Origin: a virus
Taxonomy: Duplodnaviria; Caudoviricetes
IMG/VR virus record: IMGVR_UViG_3300002220_000322
Span: 1 to 64,000 of that record
Strand: one strand, 5' to 3'
DNA: 64,000 bases
Part shown: positions 12,529 to 25,700 of the stretch, piece by piece
Layout of the letters: every line of letters begins with the position of its first letter
How positions within the stretch are numbered: the first letter of the stretch is position 1
Made by a program: the position numbers and the translations under genes
Notes under the pieces: generated by a model
The model's database searches: none
The model's input: only the letters and a program-made list of their open reading frames with translations
What the model was told of the DNA's origin: nothing

Positions 12529-13106
12529 TGAATAAAGTAAAAATAAAAATAGCTGATAAGACCTTCAAGGTAGAATTAGCTAACACAGAAGAGGAAAAAG
12601 AAAAGGGATTACAAGGGATAAAATCTCTTCCTAAAGATGAGGGCATGTTGTTTATATTTGAAGATACTGAGGAGGTATCTATGTGAATGAAGGATACCTT
12701 AATTCCTCTAGATATAGTATTTATAGATCCAGAATTATCTGTAATAAAAATATACCAAGGAACTCCTGAATCAGAAGAAATATTTACAGAAGAAAATGTA
12801 GGCTTTGTACTTGAAGTGAATCAGGGTTCTGGTATAGCAATTGGAGATGAATTAGATTTTGCACCCAATTCAAGGGTAAAAAAAGATAAAATGGTAGTGA
12901 TAGGGGCTAATGGAAAGCCGCAAATGGAATTAGAAGGAGGAGAGAGAATATTTAGTAGAGGCAATACTAAAACTCTTATAAAATTTGCAAAAAAAGCAGA
13001 TATGTCCCAAAGAGATTCTGATTTTAAGGCTTTAGGTAAGAGAGTATTTAAGTTTATAGAGGCTCAGGATAATAACGAGCCTGAGTTTGTAGAATTAAAA
13101 AAGTAA
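12528..13106 (+). CDS. DUF192-family protein with C-terminal crAss-type extension (TGA=Trp at 12684)
   Basis: VELANT...KGLQG...GMLFIF...SM(W)MKDTLIPLDIVFID matches the DUF192 signature (WMKNTxIPLDxxF). The conserved Trp is encoded by TGA. ATG overlaps the previous TAA. Confidence 0.85.
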
Positions 13107-13112
13107 CAAATT

Positions 13113-13388
13113 ATGAAAGTTAAGAAATTTCAAATGGGTGGTGAAATGTCACAGGGAGCACCCGCTCCAGAACAAGGAGCCCCAGGAGCTCCAGCAGGAG
13201 GAGGTCCAGAAGAACAAATAGCTCAGATGGCTATGGAGATAGTACAACAACTTGGACCAGAGGCAGCCGCAATGTTAGCGCAGGCTATTATGCAGGTATT
13301 GGAACAAGGAGCTGGAGGACCTGCTCCAGAGGGAGAACCAGTATATGCTAAAAAAGGAGGTAAACTTACAATGATAGGCAGACGATAG
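13113..13388 (+). CDS. Small low-complexity virion/cargo protein
   Basis: 91 aa, G/A/P/Q-rich, with KKFQMGG and YAKKGG motifs. Ends in TAG followed by a terminator. Confidence 0.7.
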   Translation: MKVKKFQMGGEMSQGAPAPEQGAPGAPAGGGPEEQIAQMAMEIVQQLGPEAAAMLAQAIMQVLEQGAGGPAPEGEPVYAKKGGKLTMIGRR

Positions 13389-13398
13389 CCTACCTTAA

Positions 13399-13436
13399 CA
13401 AGGGAAGCAGACATTCTGTCTTCCCTTATTTTTATT
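13399..13436 (+). terminator. Rho-independent terminator
   Basis: AAGGGAAGCAGA-CAT-TCTGTCTTCCCTT stem followed by ATTTTTATT. Confidence 0.75.
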
Positions 13437-13457
13437 AAAATACATAAATTATATAAT

Positions 13458-16400
13458 ATGTCAGTTGTAAGAAAGTATCAAGGGGGTGGAAAATCCGGAC
13501 TTTCCTTCAAGGACTATGCAATACAAAACATTAAAAAAGAAGAGTTTACTCCTGAAGCCTTAGCAAGTTTTCAATCTGCTGTGGATAAGTTTGATCAGTT
13601 AGCTAAACTTGATAACCTAGGAGAAGTATTTGCTATTGACCCAAAAGAAGGAAAATATACTATAAATGTAGATAAAATAAAGGATACTAATTTAAGTAAC
13701 ATAAATTGAACAGGTAGTTCTTTACCTGGTAAAAGAAATTTCTTTGGAAGATATAATTCTAGGGATATTAGGGGAGAAGAGGGATCTGGAGAAAGTAAAT
13801 ATATGGGAATAGTTGCTAATTTATTTGGGAACTATATGAAGACCTTCCCTTCTACAACCAGTACTAATGTATCTAAATCTTATAATTTAGGAGATATACA
13901 GGATTATATAAAGAACAAAGAATTTGGAGGGAAAGATTTTGATTTTGATTTATTATTATCTCAAAATTCAGAACCAGAAATACAAAATAAAGTAGTAGAA
14001 TTAGTAAAAAATTCTCTACAAGATTATATAACCCAATCAAGTAAACAGGGACATAATCCTCAAGAGTATGTAGACCTACAAAAAGCCCACGATATACTAA
14101 ATAAAGTTAATAACGCTCAGTCTTTTGAGGACGTACGTTTAGCTGTATTACCATTAGGTTGAAATCTAAAAGAGTTTTTAAGTTCAAAACCACAAGATTC
14201 CCCGGAAGTAAATAAACAAGATTCGTTTGGAGAGTTTTTATCTAGCAGAAATATACCAAAACATATTTATGAAGATTGGTATTCTAAGGGGTGAACATCT
14301 GCAAAAGGAAATCTTCCAGATTATTTAACTGATGTAAATCTTAAAGAGTGGTTTAATTCTTTGGGAGGAATAACATTATCTGATGACTCTGGGGCTAATA
14401 TAGAATTATTGTCTCCTACAGGAGAAAGTTTATCAAATTATAAATTCGACTTAAGTTCTCCTTTATACGGCACTTACTTAGGAAAAGATAATTTTGGGAG
14501 ACTAAAACACTTTAGGCCAGGAGTAGAAGGGTATGTAAATCCTGACACAGATTCAGTTCAAGGAGCTGGATATAGGCCCATTAAAGGATTAGTAGAAGGC
14601 AATACAAATTGAACTATATTAGGAGTACCTGAGGAAAACGAAGAGGGGTGGTCTTATACTAATAGGTTACTTCTACAAGATAAAAGTGGAAGGAAGGTAG
14701 AAGTAGTTAAAGCAGAAGATGGGACTTATAGGGATAAAAATAACAACCCAGTTGATATTAAACTTCAAACTTTTGGAGAAGGAGTGGTAGAAGGAGAGTA
14801 TTTCGATGTTAGAAAACTTCTGGAAAATGATCCATTCAAAGATATTAAAGGAAGAGAAGATAATATAGAGAATATTGTTAAAGAACACGAGCCTCTAATG
14901 AGAGAAGGTTTTAGTAGGGAAAGCTATGAAAAATTTAAGGATTTAATAGGAAGACTTAGATATAAATTAGACTCTCCTTCATACTTAGATAGAGAAATGG
15001 CAGCTGGATTATATAGACAACTACTGTTAGATCCAAAATTAGCAAAAGATTTTTATGCCAGAACTAATGAAATAGGTAAACTTAATAGAGTTGCTAATAA
15101 GGCCAATAAGATATGAGGAAATAAACCTTCCGGTATGTATTATAAAGGAGGTATAATAAAAGCACAACAGGGGACTAAATTATCTACTAAAGAGGAAAGT
15201 TGACAAGACTATGTAAATAAAATAAGCACTTCCACTAAGTCAGGAGAAGGGGCTCCAATAAAAAGCTGAAGAGGTACTTTAAAAGACGCAAGTGGGTTAG
15301 AAAAGGCTGCGTTAGCTTCATCAGTAGCCAGTATACTTCCAGGAGTGGGGGCCCTTGGTGGATTAACAAGTGCTGGTCTAAATACTATAAGAAAAATAAA
15401 AGGCGAAGATGTTTCTGCTGGGGAAATTTTATTAGATTTGGGATTTGCAGGCTTAGGATTAGTAGGATTAGGCGGAATAGGAGCAGCAGTTAAATTAGGT
15501 AAATCTGCTAAAGTAGCGTCAAAAGCAGGGCAATTAGATGAAGCTATGAAATTAACTAAAGAAAGTCCTAAAGTACTTAAAAAATTAGGGTTGCTAGATA
15601 ATAAAATAAAAATTGCAACTGAATCTTTAGAGGAAATATCAAAGACTTTATCTCCAGAAACTTTAAAAAATTCTACTTTTAGAAGCGCTGTTAAAAAAAT
15701 AGCTGGGAAGACAGGACCTATAAAAAATACGGGCCTTACTCCGGAGGAAATTGTTATTCTTAAGGAAGCTGGTATATTTAAAAAAGGAGCCAACCCTTCT
15801 AGTTTATTAAGTAAAAATGCTAGCGAAACATTAAAGTCTTTACAACAAAAAGAAAAGGCATTAACAAGAGCAATAAAAGCAAAAGATAAATTCGTTAAAC
15901 AAATAGACGATACCGTTAAAAAGTTAGAATCTGAGAAGAGTCTCATAACTACACCAGAAGTTCCAGGATGAATGGGTAAAAAATTAAGTAGAGTACCAGA
16001 TAAAGCTAAAAATATAGCAGCTAATACTTATGGTATTGGGATTGTAGGACTTCCTGGAGTTTTAGGAGCAACAGAGGTAGTAAAAAGTGTATCAGAGGAT
16101 GGACTAGCTAACATTAAATCAAGTGATTTAAAACAATTAGCTTATACAGCAGCGGGGACAAAACGATTTTTAAATAATAAAAAATTAGCGTCTTCTATAA
16201 AGAGTATAGTTAAAACCGAACCAGGTAAAGCTAAACTACAAGTAAGAACTAAAGCATATGACACAGATCTTAAAGCTCCAGAAATTGTTAAAACTCCAAA
16301 TAAAGTTAAACAGTTTTTAAGTAGTAAAGCCAAAACTAAAACAACTTCAGTAGAAGCAACTAACAAAGAAAAGTGAGATACGTTTGCTAAAGAATTTAAA

Positions 16401-17858
16401 GAAAAAACTGGACAAGACTTACCTAAAAATGTATCTATAAAAGACATTAAAAATATAAAAGGAGAAGATACAATAACTGGAATAGTTAAGGCCTCAGATT
16501 CTAAATTAACCCCAGAACAATACGAGAGAGCAAGTAGAGCTATAATGGGTAATACTAGTAATTTTTCACTTCCAAATTTTTTAAAAGTAATTAAAGGACA
16601 GGAGGGAATAAAATTAAATTGGGCTACTTATGGAAAACCAAAGTATTTAACAGCTAAAGATCATATATTTACACCTGCCCCAACACTACCATCAGTAATA
16701 TCAAATTCTAACCCTTTAAAAAAGCCATCGGCTTTTAGTAATTCAGTTCCTAGGGAAATGTGGGATTTAGATCCAGCATCCTATTTACAAAAGATAAGGA
16801 ACCCAACTAATACATTAACATTAACTGGTAAATCTATAAATACCCCAATAAGTAATATTCCTACAAAAACTCAATCAGGAGCTTTAGGAGTAGATAGAAA
16901 ATGGGATATTAAAACTCTTTCTGGTAAAGTAGATCCTTTAGCGGCTATTAATTTGGCTAAATTAACAGCATCTAACTTGGCAAATAAGAGAATACATAGA
17001 GATCTTATAAAAGCCAACGAGGCCTCTTATTATGCTAATCCTATAATGCCTAGAATAAATTTAAATACTCAATCTACATTTAATCCTTTATATGAAAATA
17101 TGGCTTCTCAAAATAGAATGTTAGGAAGGAATATAGCAAAAAGTACTGATATAGATAGAGGAACTGTAGCTAGGCTAAATGCAGAAAAAATGGCTAACGA
17201 TGTTATGATTAAAGGAGATTTAGCTAATCAAGACACTATAAACAAACTTAGGGCTGCTCAAAATGAAATGGACTATAAAGTTTTATTAGCTAACTCTGAG
17301 GCAGTTACAAAAAATAGAGCAAATTTAGCAGGTATAGCTAGTAAAAGATCTTTAATAGACGCAGAGTTAAGAAAAGATAGAGCTGGGCAATTTGATCAAT
17401 ATCTAAGTTCAGTAGCTTCTGGATTAGAGGCTAAGAGATTAAAAAAGGAACAAACAGAAGCAAGGGAAAAGTATTTTTCACTGGTTACTGACCCAGAGTA
17501 TAAAAAATTATACGAAGAGTATAATACAAACTACTCTGAAGAAGCCTTAGCTAATCTTAAGAAACAGTTTGAAGACGCTAATAAAACAAATCTCTATAAG
17601 CCTAAATGGGAAGGTTCTGAACAGGAAGTAAAATGAAAATCTAATAAAGAGGCCTTAGCTAAGAGAATACAGTTAGCAGAAGAAGTTTTACAAGCAGGAT
17701 TACTTAGACATAGATTAGGTCTTTTTGCCAAAGGAGGAAATATATCTGAAAAAATAAAGTCTAGAGATAGGGCTTTATTAGCAAGAGCAAAATATTACGA
17801 GTCTATATTAAGAAATACTGGACAAGTAAGAAGTTCATTACTATCATTATTTAAATAA
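13458..17858 (+). CDS. Large cargo/ejection protein with hydrophobic Gly-rich (membrane) segment, 1466 aa (10 TGA=Trp)
   Basis: Seven ORF-track pieces in one frame joined by TGA only; TAA at 17856. ILLDLGFAGLGLVGLGGIGAAV is a candidate TM helix. No Cys. Confidence 0.7.
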
Positions 17859-17859
17859 T

Positions 17860-19740
17860 ATGAAAGTTAATATAAATAAATATAATACAGGTGGTCCTTT
17901 TCATAGGGCCACCTTTATTCCTGCTGCTATGTTACCTGAAGATTCAGTTGGAGCAACTACAACAGGGGACTCTGATAAAAAATCAGGAAAAGGATTAGTG
18001 GAAGATGATTTATTAGAAAAATTAGTAGGTAATGGTCTTACTAGCGACGTTAATATGTTAGTAAAGGAATTATCCAAACAAGATATGAATAGTATATTAT
18101 CTCCAGGAGGTACTAATAAGGTATTACAACTTATAGGAAAAGTAAATGAGATAAAAAACAATAAAGAGATGTGAAACGAGGCTATAACACAGTCTAAGGC
18201 TAATGGTTCTTTTTCAGAAGTAGCAGTTTCTTCTGAAGGAGCTGTTTTTTATAAAAACTCAGAAGGAACTATAGGAGCTACAGATATAAATTCTTATACT
18301 AAGAATCCTAAAAAATATGGAGGACTGTTAACAGTATCTGACTTACTTTTAGAAAGACAAAGAAATAACGGATTGGCTTTTGACACCAAAATATTTAATA
18401 TAGCTACTGCTTCTATAGGAATGGAAAAAGTAGTAGACTATGTATCTACTTTAGTTAAAAATATAGGTATGGATACTAGAGAGTTTACAGATACTTACTC
18501 AAAACAACAACTATTAGAAAAACAAAAGCAAACTCTCTCCCAACTAACAGGTAAAGTTCCTAGTAATTCCGAAATACAGGCTCTACATTCTCTACAAGAG
18601 GCCTTTGACACTCCAGGAGATTATACTGAAATATATACTAAAATAGCAACAGGGGAAGGTAAATTTGGAACAGCTATGAATTATATATGAAATAGTATGG
18701 ATCCAAGATTTAAAAATAAAGTGATAGTTACTGCCGCTGTTAATGGTGTAGAAAATCCTAAACAATTTATGCTAGAAATGATGGTGGCTAATAATGCCTC
18801 TACTATGACTACTAAAATTTCCCCAATTAAAGAAAATTCATTAACAGATGTGGACAATACAGATACTACAAAATCCTTAACTAATTATCAAATGTTTCAT
18901 AAAGATAAGTTAAGAAACCCAGATATGAGCTTTGTGTTTAATGATCCTAAATTACAGGTTTTATTTAGGGGAGCTGTAGGAGGAGTAGGACCAGTAATAA
19001 CTCCAAAAGGAGAAACTGTAACTATGACTACTCTAGGAAATGTACTGAGTACTGGAATAGAACAGGTGTTAAAAGTAGGGGAAATATATTTTGGAAATAA
19101 AAAAGTTCCCAGAGAAGAAATTAATTCTATTATATATGATGGAGCAGATGCAGCTAAGGTATATATGCCAGTAAATAACCTAGGAGGACCAGACTATGAA
19201 TCTTTTAAAGAATTTAAAGAGGTATATAGTATATACGAAGCCAATAAAAATCAACTAACCACTCAGGATATAAAGGAATTGTTTGATTCTCATGGATTTA
19301 AGGTAGATGTTGAGGAGACCATAGAAAATGGAAAAATAGAGAAAGTATTAAAAGAAAATGAATATGTTAAACCATTTTATATTTTATATGGTTATACTAA
19401 TGACGCTACCTCTTTAATAGGGAAAGATAATGAAAATTTTGTAACTAAATTATCTAGAGATGAGAAGAAAGCTATAGTTCCTCAATTAGAGCAAATTTGA
19501 ACTGTAGGTACTGGAAAAAATAAAGTAAATATGACCCCCTCTAAATTCTGAAATATAGAAGATTATTATAAAGGAATGATAGCTATTCCTTATAGAAAAG
19601 AACATGCCGCAATAGTAGATGGTCAAGTAGGGCAAGGACCAAGAGAAAAAGTATCAACCATATTAGATGTCCAAAGAAATATCAGACATTCTTCACAGCC
19701 TGCCACAGGAACTACTAGGGCTATACAGTTAACAAATTAA
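17860..19740 (+). CDS. Cargo/ejection protein, 626 aa (4 TGA=Trp)
   Basis: Single frame from ATG 17860 to TAA 19738-19740. N-terminal NKYNTGG motif; no Cys. Confidence 0.65.
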
Positions 19741-19744
19741 TTAT

Positions 19745-22700
19745 ATGAAAATAACGAAACCAAATGATATATTAGTAGCTACTATTAATAATCCTAATTC
19801 CTCTACATACGATTTGATGTCTATAGGATTAACTCCGGAAAATACATCTTTTTTTCCAGATAAAGATACTTATAAAAGTAGCAATTATATAAAAGATATA
19901 TTTAAAACAGAAGATGGTAAATTTGACGATGTTTCCTTTGATAATTTCTATAATTTAGCTTCGTATCACTATCAAAATATGAGTGATGAGGTATACCTCA
20001 AATCTTTAGATGAAGTAGAATATAGTCCTTTTGATATAACAAGACCTAAAGAGGCTAAAACTTTTAAGGTAGGTGTAAAATTTGAAAAAGAAATAAATCC
20101 ATTTAGACAGTTATATAGTAGAACAGGTATAAATAGTATAGACGAAAGCCCTTTTTCTTTAAGAGAAATTGCTCAGCAGGAAAAAATATATGATCCTGAT
20201 ACTGATACTTGGTCTGATAAATCAGCTAATGATATTTCGCTACTTAAAAAATTATTTGGGGAAACTTTAGTATACGCCCAGTGGGATGAAGACGGTACTC
20301 ATGTAGATCCATCTTCCCAGAGGGTTATAAAACATAAAAAGGGAGATTGAAAAGTAAACGACAGGGGTAATTTATATATAGAGAAATTAGCTGGGAGGGA
20401 AGTATATGGAAAACAAATAGTAAATCCCATGGATTTATTAACTACAGATGGGTCTGTTTTAAATCAGTTAGATTTTTTTGATTCAGATAGTAAAGATAAA
20501 TCTATAACCAAAACTGCCTTTAAAGTAGCTTTTGATATTGCTCCCTTCTTAGTGCCGGCATCTCTTCCTTTCTTAGGAGCCTTAAAAATTCCACAGGTTT
20601 ATGGAGGAATAAAGGCTGCTGTTGGACTAGCCGCAGTTATGCCTACCTTTTTTAAGTCTTTAGATGGGATTTTAGAAAATAATAATACTGGAGGAATAGC
20701 TAATTCCTTCACAGCAGCAGAGGGGTATATGTCTAAATTTACTACTTCTTCTATTTCAGATAGGGGCCAAAAATCATTATTTACCTATGAACAAATGAGT
20801 CAAATGGTAGGAGATATATTTTCTCAAATTTATGAACAAAGAGCAGCTGCAAGTTTATCTAAATTAATTACTAGAAATAAAGAATTAAAGTTTTCCGATA
20901 AACATAAAGAACTCATTACAAAAATAAATGATGGCATTATAAAAGACGTTATGGCAGGGAAAATAGGCTGAGATAAAGCTTCGGAAGTAGCTAATATAGC
21001 TAAAAGTAAAATTCCAGAACTGGCTGATTTTTATAATGCCAGATCTAATTTATCTAGATCTTTTTCTTTGGGTTATATGGCCTTAACTTCTACCGGACAA
21101 ATATATGGAGAAGCTTTGGATGCAGGTTATGATAGGAGAGTAGCTGGTTTTGCTTCATTAGCAGCTGCTGCGGGACAATATGGTATTATGATGAATAATG
21201 CTATGGGCACTTGATTCTTAGATGAAAGTACTGGATATACTACTTCAAGTAATAGAGCCATGATATCAAAAAGTATAAAGGGGTACCTTGATGATATACA
21301 AGAACATATGAAAGCTATACCTACAAATCCAGGTAAAGCTAAAGGAGGACTTGCTACTACTTTTAGAAATATAAAAAATAAAATGTATGATATATTCACC
21401 TCTCCTTCTGAGTTACAAAATGCTATGGTTAAGAATGCTTTTGTTGAGGGGGTTGAGGAAGTAACAGAACAAATGGTATTAGATGCTACAAAAGGAGTAT
21501 TTGATACGATGTCCTACCTAGGACTTATTAAACAAAAAGGTAGCTTTGGAGGATTTTCAAATGCCTTTAGTAGAGAAGGATTAGAAGAATATGTAGCTAA
21601 CTTTGTTGGGGGTTTATTAGGCGGGGCCATGTTTGAATTTAATAGAAGAAAAATAGAACCTTGAGTTTCTGGAGAAGCTTTGCCACCAGACACTAAAAGA
21701 TCTGTATATCAACTAGTTGCTAATGGGCAAACTGAGGCTCTTATAGAAGAAGTTAAAAAACAAAAAAATAAATTAGGAAATAATTATATATCTGCATTAA
21801 GTAATAATGATCTTCCTACAGAAGCTGCTCCTGGACAATCTCAAGCAGACTTAATAGCAGACATGGCTATATCTATGATAAGAAATATAGATGGGACTAT
21901 GAAAGCTAAGGGACTTGCTGTATCAGACGAAGATATAGTAAGACATGCAATGATAGATCATTTAATTATACAAGACTTAGAAAATTCTAAAGGAGACTCT
22001 TCAATAGGAATAGAAGGTATAATAGTGGATGATTTTAGAAACGCAGCTTCTGAGATATTAAGAATAGAATCTGATATAAAAAGACTATCAGAAAATAAGG
22101 AAAAAGAAGAGGAGAATAAAGAAGAAATAAAAAGGCTTAAAGAGCAATCTAAACTACTTGAGAAAAGAATAGAGGATATAAAAGAAGGAAAATTAGCAGA
22201 GGATTATTTTACACAAATGTTATTTTATTTATCTAAAGATATTAGTGAACATTGACTTAATATAGATAAAGAAACATACACTAAAATAAAATATGAAAAA
22301 GAATATAATGATTTAGAAGCTAAAGGCCTAGGTATAACTAAAGAAGTTATAGACAAAGAGTGACAAAACTACATAGACTCAAAAGACTTAAGAAAAAGTA
22401 TAGAAGTCGCTACTAAGGCTTATCTAGCTTTAGAGAAAGAAATGAATCCTTCTATAGCTAAATATATAGATTCAGGTTATATAGAAGAGCGTAAAAAAAC
22501 TATCTCTAATTTAGTAGATAATTTAAAAACTCTAAAGTTATTTGACGTATCAACAAAAGAGTCTAGAGATAATACTATAACCCACTATATACGCACTGCT
22601 AAAGAGGTAGAATCACTAACAGGTAAGAGAATAATACCTTGGGAAGTTATAAATACAGATGTAGCAGATAAAATTATACAGGAAGAACTATTATCCTCAG

Positions 22701-25700
22701 TAGATTCTAAAACTGGGGCAAGGAGTAGCGTAAATATAAAATATTTAGAAGAAGAAGTTAAAGTAGGAGAAGATACTATTAAAAGAAGGGACATTATAAA
22801 AAATATTTTAAATCTAACATTATCAAGTCTTCCTCCCGAATCTTTAGTATATGATATGATTGTGGATAGATTTAACAATAATGTATTAAACTATAATTCT
22901 CAATTAGATAGACAAATTTCAGAATTAGAAAGTAAAATAACTTCTTCAAATTCTACAGAATTACAAACTCAAATTTTAGAACTAGAGAATAGAAAAATAG
23001 AGGTAACTTTAGAAACTTATGAAGATTCTAGCTTTAGACAAAGGCAAATATTTGAAACGGATGGTAATTTAATAGCCAAACAAAATGAATTACAAATAAG
23101 CCAAGAAGAAATTGATATAATAACAAATTCTACTAAAGAAGAACTATCCTCTATTATGACTTCTTATTCAGAGATTTTATCTGACTATGCTAATAAAAAT
23201 AATATACCTAATGTAGAATCTTTATCAGAAGAACAAAAAATAGAAGCTTTATCAGGAGTAATAGCCTTATATAACGCAGTTAATAGAAATAATTTAATTT
23301 CTAATATACTAGAATCAGAAAATGATGATAAATTCTCAGAAGTAGAAAAAATAATCAATGATTTTATTGATAGGCTAATAAATATTCAACCAAAAGTGGA
23401 AGAATATAATGATTTTAAAAATAATATACTCTCCACTTTAAAAAAGCCAGATTTATTTAATGTAAATAATTATGCAATAGAGGCAGTAATAAAAGAAATT
23501 AAACAGTCTAAAAACTTAGATAGAGAGTTATTTTTAGAAATTCAAAAAATGTTTTCCTCTTTAGTTTCTGGTATAAAAAATAAATATCTAAAAGAAATAT
23601 ATTTTACTGATGAGGACATCTTCAATTTATTGGAAAATATAGAAGAAATTTATCCTAATATAGCAGAATATGTAGATAGTATAGTTAATGAGGATGAGTA
23701 TGAAGAAATAATGCCTTCGTATATAAGAGAGGCTTTACATAAAAGTCCAGACTTAGAATCTGCAGCTTTAAGATTAGAGCAAGCAAGTACTACATTATTA
23801 GAATTAAAACGAAATAATGATAAAACTTTAAATAAGTTAGTAGAACTAAAAGAAATAATCTCTAATTCAGATAATTTTATTTCTAATACAATATATGATT
23901 TTTTAGAGAATTTTGAATTATCTTTGGAAGGAAATGAAAGTATAGATAAAAATACAGTATTTTCTGTCCTAAAACAAGAAGAACTTTCATTATTTAATTC
24001 CTCTGACATAACTAATTATATAGCAGAGGGATTAAGAGACCAGCACATACAACAAGCTATTAATACTTTGAAAATGGCTAAATCGGTTGTTTTTGGCATG
24101 CAGACTACTAGTATTGATTTAGGAGATCCTTATGGATTTATAGCCTCCAGACAATCTTTTGTTAAAAATAATAAGTTAGATTCTGATATTAAGTCTTTAA
24201 AGACTATAAGTTCTGATAGTGCAACAGTTATGTTGTCTGATTTACAAAGAATAGAAAGCAAACTAACTTTCCTAAAAGAGTTAGCTAAAGATAATTCTGG
24301 TAAAATTTTTGTAGAACAAGAGATAACTAGAAGTAGAGTAAATGAATTATCTTTAAAAGAGTGGGAAAGGCTTGTAAAGGTTGGTCTAGAAATAAATGGA
24401 AAGTCTTTTCTTCCAAATATAGAAGATATTTTATCTTCTAAAGATTCAGTTGATAAAAAACTTCTTAAAATTGAAGAGTCCCTCTTTGAAAGATATAAAG
24501 ATAGCACCCTAGAAGAAAAACTAGAAGTAGTAAGGGAGCTTATTAAGGAATATAAGTATGTAAATTCTGTAGATACTTTGTATAAGGTAGACGGAAGTGA
24601 TAGAATTTCTAAAGAGATGAAAGAACTTAATAAAAATGATTTTTTATTAGGTCTGATTTCTAATATAGTAATAAATTCTAGAGACTTTAATAATAGATTA
24701 CTAAATATACTTAATGGTACTTTTAATAAATCCCCATTTTTTACTCAAGAGTTAGCTGCTAAAATTGCATATGCTTCTATAGTAAATCCAGAACTATTCT
24801 CCGAAGTAGCTAAAGAAAATAAATACCTTGGAGCTCAGGTAACTGACTATATTACTTATGTGCTTGGAGATGCAGGAACTGGGAAAACTACTGTAATATT
24901 TAAGACATTATTGATGATGCTACAGAATAACAATCCTAATATGAGTGTTTGATTTGCAGCTCCACATAAAGAGCAAGCGTCTAAATTACATAAGGAAATA
25001 TTAGAAGAGTTGGACATAGCTACTCTAGATGTAAAAAATTCTTTTGATAAAAATGAATTATTTGAAAGATTGGGTATAAAAGAAATACTTAATCAAATTA
25101 ACGAAGAAAATAGTGATTTGATAACTGAGGAACAAAATAATCTTACTTTACATTTAGATAAAGTAACATTTAAAATACCTACAGATTTACCTAATATAAT
25201 CTTTGTAGATGAAATCACTCACTTTACTGCCATAGAATTAGCCGTAATGAATGAGTTAACTAAGAGGGCTAGGATATCAAATGGAGATATTCCTGGAATT
25301 AATATGAGAATATTAGGAGCAGGTGATCCCACACAAAATGGAGCTATTTATTCTAAAAATAATAATCTATTTTATAATGTAGATTGGGCATCAGGAATAT
25401 TTACTCCCCAACTTAATATAACTGTTAGAGCTTTAAATTCCCAACAGAGAACAAATAATGATTATTTATCAGCATTAACAAAAAAAGCTATAGCTAATTA
25501 TTCTACTAGTAAGGATATTCCTGTAGTAATGAATATAATAGGCAGCGGAGTTACTTTAACAAACCATATTTCTAATAATAAATTAAATGGTACATTAGTA
25601 GTAGAAACAGAAACTTTACCAGAAAATATTATAGGAGTCTTAAAAAATATTATATCTGATAATCCAAATGCAAAAATAGGTATACTAAATAATTCTTTAG

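Noticed and set aside
13386-13388. TAG reassignment (Gln), as in some other crAss phages
   Set aside because: TAG ends genes here (13386 before a terminator; minus-strand 47050 and 56951) and was not seen inside reconstructed frames.
15209-15946. 245-aa minus-strand ORF and similar antisense ORFs (e.g. 22585..22878, 24130..24507, 46048..46551, 61252..61617)
   Set aside because: They are shadows of long genes on the opposite strand, S/L/F-rich and without motifs.
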